Positions 34,603 through 48,174 of a stretch of 64,000 bases of DNA are shown here, piece by piece; positions within the stretch are counted from its first letter, which is position 1, and each line of letters starts with the position of its first letter. The DNA comes from Octopus sinensis (taxonomy: Eukaryota). Under the pieces are notes generated by a model. It did no database searches. It was not told the origin of the DNA and saw only the letters and a list, made by a program, of their open reading frames with translations. The position numbers and the translations under genes were made by a program. The stretch covers positions 22,692,001-22,756,000 of the forward strand of contig NC_043018.1 of the NCBI RefSeq assembly GCF_006345805.1. Direction: 5' to 3'.

Positions 34603-37600
34603 TTGTGTGCCTGTGTTTGTCCCCCTAGCATTGCTTGACAACCGATGCTGGTGTGTTTACGTCCCCGTCACTTAGCGGTTCGGCAAAAGAGACCGATAGA
34701 ATAAGTACTGGGCTTACAAAGAATAAGTCCCGGGGTCGATTTGCTCGACTAAAGGCGGTGCTCCAGCATGGCCGCAGTCAAATGACTGAAACAAGTAAAA
34801 GAGTAAAAGAGTATATACACATACGTTACGCCTATCACTTATACCTCTCACTTGTGCAACTACTGCCTTCATCTTTCAATTGCTTGGCTGTCAATGACAC
34901 TAGGGAGAGAGGAAGCGGTGGATCTCTCTATCTCACAGCACCATACTTTCCAGCATAACTAGAGATATCTATGGAGCTTTCTGGTCTTCGCACCTCTCAA
35001 ACATGCTACCCCCAACCACCACCTCTAATCCAGACCATCCTGGTTCTCTTGCCTGTTGCAAGGCGTATCTACCATAATTCCTCCTATTGTCCACCCTCCG
35101 TTGATATCTGTCATTCACTCCTGTCATTTAGCCACTTCTATTACCATCCATCACTCACATCTATCTCTTCTTCTATCAATCACACTCATTCATCCTATTC
35201 ACAGTTTCTACCATCACTCTCGCATCACCAACATCAACCCAAGCAAACAAATGATTTATAGAATGGTAAAAGAAAGCAGGATGGCAGACTCATTAGCACA
35301 TCGGACAAAATGCTTAGAGACTAATTTCTTCCAGCCTTATGATCTGAGTTCAAAATTACACCCAGGTTGATTTAGTTTTTCACCCTTTCAGGGTTGACAA
35401 CATAAGTACCAGTCGAGTACTGGGGTATCGTCGATGTAATCAACTAGTGCCCTCCCTCAAAAATGCCTGGCCTTGTGAGTATTGTAGGAAGAATTTACAG
35501 AATGGTAGGGACTCTCATAGTTTCAGAGTTTATGGTTGTTCCACAATGAATCTACTCAGACTGTGAATGAATATCGTATAAAGAAACTGTTGAGAAGCCC
35601 ATTGTGTATGCATATATATATATATGTGTGTGTATATATATATATATATATGTGTATATATATATGCATACACATATATATATATATATATTACTATTAG
35701 TAGCTCTTTAATACATATATTGTCACCTTTAAACAATAATATTTATCTCTTGCCAAATGGAGTACTTTTTTTGTTGAATTTTCTATGACGGATTAGTACA
35801 TTATATACATACATATATATATCGTCATCATCATCATCTTTTAACTTCCACTGTCCATACTGGCATGGGTTGGATGGCTTGACCAGAGCTGCACCAGACT
35901 CCAGTCTGACTTGGTATAATTTCTACAGTTAGGAAGAGCATCCAGCCATAGAAACCACACCAAATCAGACTGGGGTCTAGTGCAGCCCCTCAGCTTACCA
36001 GCCCTGGTCAACCTGTCCAACCCATGCTAGCATGGACAACAGACATTAAATGATGATGATGATGATATATATATATACACATACATATTATGTGTGTGTG
36101 TGTGTATTTGTGTTTATACCCCACCATCGCTTGACTATCAATGTTAGTTTGTTTACATCCCTGTAATTTACCAGTTTCGCAAAAGGGACCAAAAGAATAA
36201 CAACTACCAGGCTTTAAAAAACAGAAAACACTGGGGTTGATTTGTTCGACAAAACTCTTTGAGGTGGTGCCACAACACGGCCACAGAACAATGACTGAGA
36301 AACAAGTTTTAAAAAATTAATTAAAAGTAACAACAAAGCAGAACATTGAAGCTAGAAGACCTCAAAGTAAAGAGAAGAGACAAAAGTTACAGTTTGCAGA
36401 TAAGAAGACAGGACCCCATTCATTGCCATAGAGAAAGTTTGAAAAGGTGCAGGGATGGCTGTGTGGTAAGAAGCTTGCTTCTCAACCACATGGTTCCGGG
36501 TTCAGTCCCACTGCATGGCACCTTGGGCAAGTGTCTTCTACTATAGGCTCAGGTCGACCAAAGCCTTGCGAGTGGATTTGGTAGATGGAAACTGAAAGAA
36601 ACCCATCACAAAAGGTGATGGGGTGAACAGTTGTAGGGGTCAGAAGCGGGGGGGGGGAGAAAAAATACAATTAGTAGATCAAGAGTTAGTTAATCCATAT
36701 GTTGAGAATGAGATGAAATTAAGAAATATACCAGAGAGGGGGGGAAGGCTTGTGGGCAAGACAAATTAGGCAAAGCATAACCAGCATCATAAATGTTGCT
36801 TAGTGCCCCCGATCAGCCCCTAATCTACTGACCGTCCCGATTTATATTTTTTTAAAGTATTATATGTACACCAGGCTACATTTTCTAATGTGTCATGGTC
36901 CTTTCTGTTTAAGGCGACTATGGCTTTTGAAATGCCTGACTGCTATTTCTAGCATATCGAATGACCAAGTAGAGGCATTATTGATGGTTTGCAGGAAAAG
37001 ATGTATGAAAATTGTTTTGAAGCTGTTGACAGTGACATGTCCAGTCGAGTTTTATCATTTGTGGTGTATCTAACCCTAAGTCAACCCTGATCCAGTACAC
37101 ATGTAACCAAAGACATCCCAGCCATGACCAACGCATCTTTTATTTCAGATTTGTTTCGAGAACTGCATAACCCAATGTGTTCTTTGCTTTTGTTTTGTTT
37201 TAACGACGGCATAGTGTAACTTAATAGAGATTTGACTGCTACTTCTCGTAGGTCAAGCGACCACGTAGAGGTTACATATATGCATGCGTGGCTTTGATCA
37301 GTATATGGGACTGAATGGTCATCGATAAACAAGCAGTGTGTGTTATTGTGGTTACTTAGTCCCAGGTCAACCCAGATCCAAACAGATCAACGAACGCCAA
37401 CGATGACCATCCCGTTCTGTTTGTCCACATTTCTCCTATTTAAGACGAAAGCGTTTCAAGGAAGCAATCGGGAATGTCGTACGTTGTTGGTCTGATGGCG
37501 TAAGAAAAGGGTGAAGTTCGAAGGGGGTTTTGCTGCTATTTCTAGCAAATCAGACAAGTGAGCAAAAGTGCCTACGTGTGTGTGTGTGTGTGTGTGTGCA

Positions 37601-38328
37601 CATGTACATCAATGCTTTCCATGCACGGTAACTTGAAAAGAACTTCCCTCGTCATACAATCGCTTTCTCTTAGTGTCTTTCGCTCTCATTACTTCAAAAG
37701 TTCCCGCAAGCCCCATATGTAAAAAAAAAAAAAGTTTTTTACGGAAATCGACGGAAAGGTCTACTAGGGACGAAAGATTGCCGTGTGTGCCTGTATAAGT
37801 CTATAATGGCGTGTGTGAGTACAAACGTATGTGTGGGCGTGTGTGTATTTATACCCATGTACACGCTTGTGAGTGTTAGCATGCCTTTCATCCTGTCGGG
37901 GTCGATAAATAAAGTACCAGTTTCGCACTGGGGTCGATGTAATCGATTTAATCCCTTTGTCTGTCCTTGTTTGTCCCTTCTATGTTTAACCTCTTGTGGG
38001 TAGTAAAGAAATATATATATATAGTTACTCAAGTTACGTATAAATATGAGCGCGTGTTTTAACATATAGAATGGTGCGTATGGATTGTTTTAAGCTGGGC
38101 CAGCCCCGATCCAGCTTTATTAATAACAAAGGGGCTGCAGTCATGAGCGAGATGTCTTTTATGCAGACACATCTAGGGTTTATTAATCTAATATTTCCAT
38201 GCCCCTTTTTTACGGTGGAAGGGGATGCAATTTGAGGTAGGTCGAGCTCTTGTTTGTAACAAGTGAGCGAGCATATGTAACCAAGAAAACTATAAAGTGT
38301 GCATTATATATCTTATTAAAATTATTAT

Positions 38329-38372
<44 letters not shown>

Positions 38373-38604
38373 CCAGCATGGCCACAGCTCGTGAGCTGAA
38401 ACTAGAATCAATCAATCATATATATATATATATATATATTGTTTCAAATTTAGGCACGAGGCTAACAATTCTAGGGGAGGGTCAAGTCGATTACATCGGC
38501 TCCAGTGCATGTCTGGTAATTTTGTTTTATCGACCACCGACGGGATGAAAATCTAAATCGACCTCGGCGGAATTCGAACTCGGAACGTAATGAGTGTTGT
38601 GTGT

Positions 38605-38686
<82 letters not shown>

Positions 38687-38880
38687 TGTGTGTGTGTGTG
38701 TGTGTGGGCGGAAGAGAGTTAGTCTTTTGCCGAAACGGTAAGTTTTTCACTAAAACTCAAAAAAAGGCAAAGTCTGTAAATAGAGAAATTATATATAGAA
38801 AATACAAAAATCCACACCGTAAAAAAAAAGAAAATTGATACTAATTCTAACAGCAATATAGAGGTATTCCATAGACAAAA

Positions 38881-38943
<63 letters not shown>

Positions 38944-39070
38944 GAAAGCAACATTAAACACAGGACGAATATAAACGAAGGCACAAAAATAAGGAATATT
39001 CCTGTAGACTTTGTGTTACCGAATCCGAAAAGACACCGGTCACCAAATTAGGATTCAAAAGAGATCTCAG

Positions 39071-39121
<51 letters not shown>

Positions 39122-39304
39122 GTATGTATATACATATATATATATATGTATGTTCAATCATACACTTATTTGTATATGTATATATATATATATATATGTG
39201 TGTGGGTGGGTGTGTATATTTTTAGTTTGATAGATAGATAGATAGATAGATATATACATAAATATTGTTATATACACCTCTTCTCTGTGATATTGTTTAT
39301 ATTC

Positions 39305-39405
39305 CAAGAGTCCGGGAAAAGAGCGAGGCACGCATGCGCAATCCGACGAGACGGTGATCGCTGAGTGTAGTACGCATGCTCCACTCCTGGAGGAAGTTGT
39401 TATGG
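39305..39405. promoter_or_regulatory. Candidate housekeeping promoter element, possibly for DR1
   Basis: Short non-repetitive CpG-rich patch with NRF1-like ACGCATGCGCA, a second ACGCATGC and ETS-like GGAAGT. No TSS evidence. Confidence 0.3.
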
Positions 39406-39723
39406 AAGTTACACACAACCACACACACTCTCTCTCTCTCTCTTTTTCTCTTTCTCCCTATCTCTTTCTTTCTCTCTCTTTCTTTCTCTCTATCTCTCTT
39501 TCTCTCTATCTCTATCTCTCTCTCTTTCTTTCTCTATCTCTCTCTCTTTCTCTCTATCTCTTTCTGTATCTCTCTCTCTTTCTCTTTCTCTCTCTCTCTC
39601 TCGTTCTCTATCTCTATCTCTCTCTCTCAGTATGTGTATATGTATATAGATATGTGTGTGTGTGTATATATATGGATTTGGTTTGCAAGATTCTTTATAT
39701 GAGTTCGTGTGTTGAAGCATATT

Positions 39724-39905
39724 CTGTTGTGACTGGGGAGAGTCATTTTCTTTTTGTGTCTTATAATGTAAGACACTCACCAGTAAAATTTCCACTTTTT
39801 AAAAAATTTTATTTTCCTAAAAAATAAGAAATAAGTGGAAATTTTACCGTTGAGTGTGATACATTATAAGACACAAAAAGAAAATGACTCTCCCCAGACA
39901 CAACA

Positions 39906-39906
<1 letters not shown>
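39724..39906. repeat. Inverted repeat, ~70-bp arms, of a dispersed repeat family
   Basis: CTGTTGTGACTGGGGAGAGTCATTTTC...GTAAAATTTCCAC / GTGGAAATTTTAC...GAAAATGACTCTCCCCAGACACAACAG. Related pieces at 57555-57620 and 58860-59030. Confidence 0.85.
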
Positions 39907-39949
<43 letters not shown>

Positions 39950-40053
39950 TTATTTTATAGAAGGAGCTTCTACAGGACTAGAACTGTTTCATTCCTGAAG
40001 ATTTCATCTGAATGAAACAGTTCTAGTCCTGTAGAAGCTCCTATAAAATAAAT
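39950..40053. repeat. Palindrome with a perfect 32-bp stem
   Basis: GGAGCTTCTACAGGACTAGAACTGTTTCATTC-(15 nt)-GAATGAAACAGTTCTAGTCCTGTAGAAGCTCC. Confidence 0.9.
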
Positions 40054-40299
40054 TAATTTACTCTGCTATGTATTGAGTACCTTATTTACTGTGGTTAACC
40101 CCGACTCAACCCGGGACCTACATATATATATATATCTTTTTATCAATTGATTGACATTATCTGACAAAAGCTGTTGTCAGCTTATAGTCCTTGCCTGACG
40201 GGAGTCGCTAGAAATTACACTCCACTATCTTTTAAAAGTGAAACATTTTTTAAACATCCTGATGGGTCATATCCGGAATATGTCTTTGGATAAACATAG

Positions 40300-40682
40300 G
40301 GATCTTTTCCGTTTGAACGGCAGTTTTTTAAAACAATTTCCACGTAACTAAACACTTTTAAACTTCGCATACTGGTAGAATGTGATTATAAAACATCTTT
40401 TTCTCTTGGCTTTATTGGGAAAATTCTATAGTTTGTAAGATATTTGTTTGTTTTTTTTTCTTCAATTTCTGCAATTTCAACCAATCAATGATGTCTATTG
40501 AGATGAAAACATTCTGTGCCGTATGAATATGTCCCTCGTTTAAGAAACAGATTGGGTTTATTTACATTTCTGAAGAAAAAAAAGATACCCTTACCCCCGG
40601 CCCTAACCCTAACCCTAACCCTAAAACAGATCGATACTAGGGTCATAATTATGGGTGACTGCCGTTCAAACCGAAAAGATCC
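40300..40682. mobile_element. MITE with 25-bp TIRs (GG termini, imperfect 8-bp TSD, Merlin-like) carrying (CCCTAA)4
   Basis: GGATCTTTTCCGTTTGAACGGCAGT...ACTGCCGTTCAAACCGAAAAGATCC. Flanks are AAACATAG/AAACAGAT. Telomeric hexamers at 40601-40624. Confidence 0.7.
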
Positions 40683-41224
40683 AAACAGATCTACTTTTGC
40701 ATTTTGTTCCAAGAATGGATTTGTGGTTCCAACAATTTTTTTTTTGGGGGGGTGGGGTGGAATTACACAGTGAGAGAGAGGTACTTTTTGGAGTTTACGG
40801 CAAGCTATTGATACCTCAACATCATCATCATCATCATCATCATCGTCTAACGTCCGTTTTTCCGTGCTAGCACGGGTTGGACGGTTCGACCGGGGTCTGG
40901 GAAGCCAGGGGCTGCACCAGGCTCCAGTTTGATCTGGCAGAGTTTCTACAGCTGGATGCCCTTCCTAACGCCAACCACTCCGCGAGTGTAGTGGGTGCTT
41001 TTTACGTGCCACCTGCACAGGTGCCAGGGGTCTGGCATCGGCCACGATCGGTTGGTGCTTTTAACGTTCCACAGGAACAATTGTTCCGCATCATTTCGTT
41101 CAGTCATTAGGTTGGAATTTTAGTGTAACAGTCAAACTAGCTTAGTGTATCACCGCATGGATGTACAGTCCAGCTAACTGGGCACAGGTACCATTTTGAT
41201 ATACAAGCCACCTTGCAAGTAGTC

Positions 41225-42161
41225 GGACGAAATGCTTAGCGGTATTTCATCTGCCGTTACGTTGTGAGTTCAAATTCCGCCGAGGTCAACTTTACCTTTC
41301 ATCCTTTCGGGGTCGATAAATTAAGTACCAGTTACGCACTGGGGTCGATGTAATCGACTTAATACCTATGTCTGTCCTTGTTGTCCCCTCTGTGTTTAGC
41401 CCCTTGTGGGTAATAAAGAAATAGGTATTTCAATCTGCCGTTACGTTGTGAGTTCAAATCCGCCGGGCGAGGTCGCTTTGCCTTTCACATCCTTTCGGGG
41501 TCGATAAATTAAGTACCAGTTACGCACTGGGGTCGATGTAATCGACTTAATACCTATGTCTGTCCTTGTTGTGTTCCCCTGTGTGTTAGCCCCTTGTGGG
41601 TAATAAAGAAATAGGTATTTCGTCTGCCGTTACGTTGTGAGTCCAAATTCCGCCGAGGTCGACTTTGCCTTTCATCCTTTCGGGGTCGATAAATTAAGTA
41701 CCAGTTACGCACTGGGGTCGATGTAATCGACTTAATACCTATGTCTGTCCTGTTTGTTCCCTCTGTGTTTAGCCCCTTGTGGGTAATAAAGAAATAGGTA
41801 TTTCGTCTGCCGTTACGTGTGAGTTCAAATTCCACGAGGTCGACTTTACCTTTCATCCTTTCGGGGTCGATAAATTAAGTACCAGTTACGCACTGGGGTC
41901 GATGTAATCGACTTAATACCTATGTCTGTCCTTGTTTGTTCCCTCTGTGTTTAGCCCTGGTGGTAATAAAGAAATAGGTATTTCGTCTGCCGTTACGTTG
42001 TGAGTTCAAATTCCGCCGAGGTCGACTTTACCTTTCATCCTTTCGGGGTCGATAAATTAAGTACCAGTTACGCACTGGGGTCGATGTAATCGACTTAATA
42101 CCTATGTCTGTCCTTGTTTGACCCCTCTATGTTTAGCCCCTTGTGGGTAATAAAGAAATAA
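41225..42161 (+). repeat. SINE family B tandem array, ~5 units
   Basis: Junction AAAGAAATAG|GTATTTC at about 41423, 41613, 41796 and 41976. Confidence 0.9.
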
Positions 42162-42855
42162 GTATATAGGTTATCAGAGTGAGACACAGTCCACCTGGCT
42201 GTATGTAGGTACCACAGTGAAGTACTGTTCAACTGGCAGTATTTGAGTACCAGACTGAAGTAGATTGTAGCAGTAATTCGAAACTGAATCCCTGGATAGG
42301 TAGTCAGACATCATGAGTAACACCATAGTTTCATACGATTGCTCCATTAACCAACTAATCAGTGAGAAGTGATGGCATGGACAGATTTTCTCGATCAATT
42401 TAGAATTTGAATTCCAGTCCCCTCTAAAAATCGTTTGGCATGCATTTTACAAGCCAGATTGTTGTTGTTGTTTGTTCCTTCTCGAGCCATGCCTGGCTCA
42501 TAGGGGCCGGTTTCCTGGTTTCTTGGCATATGCATTCCCCCACCTTGACGGGACGCCGGTCCGTCGCAGATCAGCTGCAAGGTGCAGGAGGAAAGAGTGA
42601 GAGAAAGTTGTGGCGAAAGAGTCAGCAGAAGTCCACCACTACCTTCTGCCGGAGCCGCGTGGAGCTTAGGTGTTTCGCTCATAAACACACACATCGCCCG
42701 GTCTGAGATTCGAACCCGCGATCCCTCGACCACGAGTCCGCTGCTCTAACCAGTAGACCATGTGCCTCCACACCTACTAGCCAGATGACCCAGCAAAACA
42801 GCTATGATAAATGATGCAGATGGATAACAGGAACTTCCATCACCACAGATATATA

Positions 42856-43273
42856 CCTATTTCTTTACTACCCACAAGGGGCTAAACACAGAGGGGACAA
42901 ACAAGGACAGACAAATGGATTAAGTCGATTACATCGACCCCAGTGCATGACTGGTGCTTAATTTATCGACCCCGAAAGGATGAAAGGCAAAGTCGACCTC
43001 GGCGGAATTTGAACTCAGAACGTAGCAGCAGACGAAATACCTATTTCTTTACTATCCACAAGGGGCTAAACACAGAGGGGACAAACAAGGACAGACAAAT
43101 GGATTAATTCGATTACATCGACCCCAGTGCATGACTGGTGCTTAATTTATCGACCCCGAAAGGATGAGAGGCAAAGTCGACCTCGGCGGAATTTGAACAC
43201 AGAACGTAGCAGCAGACGAAATACCGCATAGCATTTCACCCGGCGTGCTAACGATTCTACCAGCTTGCCGCCT
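42856..43273 (-). mobile_element. SINE family B dimer (head plus 2 bodies)
   Basis: Same junction as the longer arrays, at ~43040. Confidence 0.9.
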
Positions 43274-44836
43274 TACCATTAGTTCCCAGTTATGTTAGGC
43301 AAGCCGCATGTTGTCATATCAGTAGCTTGCCATAGACTTTAAGCAGTATTTCTCTCCAAGTATGTAATCATTGCTGTTGTTATTAGTAAAAGGCCAACTT
43401 ACTTTGTCTTTATGTGCAATAATAAAACCTCGTGTTACATGTTCATGGGTGTTGTTTGGTTAATTCTCTATGCAGCCCAAGAAACATTTACAGTCACCAC
43501 CACTGACCAGCCCCTAGAGACTGCAACAAGATTATATCAGAGAGAGGAATGACCCACCAAGTTTTATATAGGTAAAAGGATAAAGACCCCCTTCGGTCAT
43601 CAATGACCATGGGATTGCACCTAGAAAGTCCCCCTCCAAGGCACAAGTCCAAGCAAGGTTGTTTATGAAAGATCAGCAGTCGCCCATGCATGCCAGCCTC
43701 TCCTGTCCATGCCACTCATGTTATCCAACGGAAAGGCAAAGGAACTGATACAGCAACTCATTTCCACAGATGAGTGAACTGGAGCAACGCGAAATAAAGT
43801 GTCTTGCTCAAGAACATAACACACAGCCCAGCCCAGGAATCGAACTTACTACCTCATGATTTTGCGTTGCTGTTATGTTCTGAGTTCAAATTCCACCAAG
43901 GTCAACCTTGCCTTTCATCCTCTCAGGGTCAATTAAATAAGTACCAGTTACACACTGGGGTCGGTGTAATCGACTGCACCTGTTTGTCTTTGTTTGTCCT
44001 CTCTGTGTTTAGCCCCTTGTGGGTAGTAAAGAAATAGATATTTTGCGTTGCTGTTATGTTCTGAGTTCAAACTCCGCCAAGGTCGACGTTGCCTTTCATC
44101 CTATTGGGGTCAATTAAATAAGTACCAGTTACACACTGGGGTCCATGTAATCAACTTAATCCCTTTGTCTGTCCTTGTTTGTCCCCTCTATGTTTAGCCT
44201 CCTCCCTACCTGTGGGCAATAGGGTAATAAAGAAATAAATATCTGTAGCGTAATATATGACTTTCTAATTAAGGACAAATTAGTCACCAATTGAGTAATT
44301 AATTAGCTTAGATAAAATACTGACAAATGAGCAGAAAGATAAGTATAGGTAGGTACCACAGTGAAGTACATTCCATCTAGTTGTACGCAAGTACCGGAGT
44401 ATAATTCCATCTAGCTGTAAGTAGGTACCACCATGGAGCCAGATCCTCTTTGCTATAAGTGTGTTTTAGATAAATGTCCATATCAGGCTGTGTGGGTAAG
44501 AAGCTTGCTTTCTATCTGCATGTATCAGGGTTCAGTTCTGCTGCATGGCACTTTGGGCAACTATCTTCTGCTATAGCTCTTTTCTGATCAAAGCCTTGTA
44601 AGTGGATTTAGTGGATGGAAACTGAAAGAAGCCCGTTGTATATATGTTCTATTCTTCTACTTGTTTCCATCATTTGACTGCGGCCATGCAGGAGCATCGT
44701 CTTTAGTTGAACAAATCAACATCAGGACTTATTCTTTGTAAGCCTAGTATTTATTCTATCGAACCGCTAAGTTACAGAGATGTAAACACACCAACATCGG
44801 TTGTCAAGTGATGGTGGGGGACAAACACAGATATGC

Positions 44837-44880
<44 letters not shown>

Positions 44881-45061
44881 TTTATTTAAAGCAGCAGAAA
44901 ATTCAACAAAACCTGTTACTCTGACTTTCACGTTGCCGTTCGCCGGACAGTTTTTGCTAGAATAGAACTGATACGTCAATTACTCTACCACGTATTACTC
45001 TACCACTGGTATTTGAGTACTCTTTTTTCCACCTTGTTTCACATTTATGTGTTTACTCCGG

Positions 45062-45113
<52 letters not shown>

Positions 45114-45168
45114 TCCCACAGACATGGACATTTACATACACACCTACATACATTCATGTATACACAGA

Positions 45169-45208
<40 letters not shown>

Positions 45209-45356
45209 CGATGGGCTTCTTTCAATTCCTGTCTACCAAATCCACTCAAAAGGCTTTGGTCAGCCCAAGGCTATAGTAGAAGACACTTGTCCCAAGGTAC
45301 CACACAGTGGGACTGAACCCAGAACAATGCGGTTGGGAAGTAAGCTTCTTACCAAA

Positions 45357-45812
45357 AAAGCCATGCCTATTTATGTGTGTCTTTGTGTCTGTGTTTGTTC
45401 ACAAAGCCATGCCTATTATGTGTGTCTTTGTGTCTGTGTTTGTTCACAAAGCCATGCCTATTTATGTGTGTCTTTGTGTCTGTGTTGTTCACAAAGCCAT
45501 GCCTATTTATGTGTGTCTTTGTGTCTGTGTTTGTTCACAAAGCCATGCCTATTTATGTGTGTCTTTGTGTCTGTGTTTGTTCACAAAGCCATGCCTATTT
45601 ATGTGTGTCTTTGTGTCTGTGTTTGTTCACAAAGCCATGCCTATTTATGTGTGTCTTTGTGTCTGTGTTTGTTCACAAAGCCATGCCTATTTATGTGTGT
45701 CTTTGTGTCTGTGTTTGTTCACAAAGCCATGCCTATTTATGTGTGTCTTTGTGTCTGTGTTTGTTCACAAAGCCATGCCTATTTATGTGTGTCTTTGTGT
45801 CTGTGTTTGTTC
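45357..45812 (+). repeat. 46-bp minisatellite, ~10 copies
   Basis: AAAGCCATGCCTATTTATGTGTGTCTTTGTGTCTGTGTTTGTTCAC repeated. Confidence 0.95.
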
Positions 45813-46119
45813 TCCCCACCCACCGCCGACCAATAGAATAAGTATTAGGCTTACAAAGAATAAGTCCTGGGGTCGATTCCTTCAACTAAAACCCTTCAGG
45901 GTAGTGCTCCAGCATGGCTGCAGTCGAATGACTGAAACAAATAAAAGAAAAAAAAGAATAGGATAATGAAAATTTTTTGGTTCTTATTTACATTATTTAA
46001 GCAGAGTAAAATAAATTATCTTTCTGCTCATTTGTCAGTATTTTATCTAAGCTAATTAATAACTCAGTCGGTGACTAATTTGTCCTTAATTAGAAAGTCA
46101 TATATTACACTACAGATAT

Positions 46120-47797
46120 TTATTTCTTTATTACCCTATTGCCCACAGGAGGGGAGGAGGCTAAACATAGAGGGGACAAACAAGGACAGACAAAGGGATT
46201 AAGTTGATTACACCGACCCCAGTGTGTAACTGGTACTTATTTAATCGACTCCCGAGAGGATGAAAGGCAAGGTCGACCTTGGCAGAGTTTGAACTCAGAA
46301 CATAACAGCAACGCAAAATATCTATTTCTTTACTACCCACAAGGGGCTAAACACAAAGAGGACAAACAAGGACAGACAAACAGATGAAGTCAATTATATC
46401 GACCCCAGTGTGTAACTGGTACTTATTTAATTGACCCCCGAGAGGATGAAAGACAAGGTCGACCTTGGCGGAATTGAACTCAGAACATAACAGCAACGCA
46501 AAATATCTATTTCTTATAGCCACAAGGGGCTAAACACAAAGAGGAAAAACAGATGAAGTCAAATTATACGACCCCAGGTGTAACTGGTACTTATTTAATC
46601 GACCCCGAAAGGATGAAAGGCAAGGTCAACCTTGGCTGAATTGGAACTCAGAACATAACAGCAATGCAAAATACCTATTTCTTACTACCACACGGGGCTA
46701 AAACACAACGAGGACAACCAAGACAGACAAAAGATGCAGTCGATTACACCGACCCAAGTGTGTAACTGGTACTTATTTTCCCCGAGATGATGAAAGGCAA
46801 GGTCGACCTTGGCGGAATTTGAATCAGAACATAACAGCAACGCCAAAATATCTATTCTTTACTACCCACAAGGGGCTAAACACAAAGAGGACAAACAAGG
46901 ACAGACAAACAGATGAAGTCAATTATATCGACCCCAGTGTGTAACTGGTACTTATTTAATTGACCCCCGAGAGGATGAAAGGCAAGGTCGACCTTGGCGG
47001 AATTTGAACTCAGAACATAACAGCAACGCAAAATATCTATTTCTTTACTACTCACAAGGGGCTAAACACAAAGAGGACAAACAGATGAAGTCAATTATAT
47101 CGACCCCAGTGTGTAACTGGTACTTATTTATTCGACCCCGAAAGGATGAAAGGCAAGGTCGACCTTGGCGGAATTTGAACTCAGAACATAACAGCAATGC
47201 AAAATACCTATTTCTTTACTAGCCACAAGGGGCTAAACACAAAGAGGATAAACAGATGAAGTCAATTATATCGACCCCAGTGTGTAACTGGTACTTATTT
47301 AATCGACCCCCGAGAGGATGAAAGGCAAGGTCGACCTTGGCGGAATTTGAACTCAGAACATAACAGCAATGCAAAATACCTATTTCTTTACTACCCACAA
47401 GGGGCTAAACACAAAGAGGACAAACCAAGACAGACAAACAGATGCAGTCGATTACACCGACCCCAGTGTGTAACTGGTACTTATTTTATCGACCCCCGAG
47501 AGGATGAAAGGCAAGGTCGACCTTGGCGGAATTTGAACTCAGAACATAACAGCAACGCAAAATACCTATTTCTTTACTACCCACAAAGGGCTAAACACAA
47601 AGAGGACAAACAAGGACAGACAAACAGATGAAGTCAATTATATCGACCCCAGTGTGTAACTGGTACTTATTTTATCGACCTCCAAGAGGATGAAAGGCAA
47701 AGTCGACCTCGGTGGAATTTGAACTCAGAATGTAACGGCAGATGAAATACCGCTAAGTATTTCACCCAGCGTGCTAACGACTCTGCCAGTTCACCAC
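46120..47797 (-). repeat. SINE family B tandem array, ~9 units
   Basis: The junction TA(T/C)CTATTTCTTTACT recurs every ~172-185 bp. Single head at ~47745-47797. Confidence 0.9.
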
Positions 47798-48174
47798 CCC
47801 ACAGATAATGACCAACTTTGCCCAGTCTGTGTCTCCATGTGTGTTTTTTTTTTTTTTTTTACCTTTCTTCCTTCAGTTTCAGACATTAGACAATGACCAT
47901 GCTGGGGCAGTGCCTCGAAGAATTTTTACTCCAACAAATCAAACCCAGTATTTCATTGTATATTTTTTTTCCCGTTTGTTTGTTTTAAGCCTGATATTTA
48001 TTTTGTTACTGGGAAATAAACAAACCAACACCGGTTATCAAGCGGTGGGAGCAGGGGATAAACACAGACACAATCATATGCACACACACACATACATGCA
48101 CATGCACACACACGCACCACCAGCAAAAATATTTTTTCCTTTGTCTTCCCTTCTTGGGATCTTTCCTTCTCCTT

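Noticed and set aside
34820-35260. Possible decayed retroelement coding remnants (also 14540-14860 and 59540-59700)
   Set aside because: The composition is suggestive, but I could not read a diagnostic motif.
40601-40624. Telomere or chromosome-fusion site
   Set aside because: Only four hexamers are present, and they lie inside a TIR element.
46440-46860. Indel-rich array units as biologically diverged variants (also 41380-41840 and 51120-51230)
   Set aside because: Scattered single-base indels look like unpolished long-read errors.
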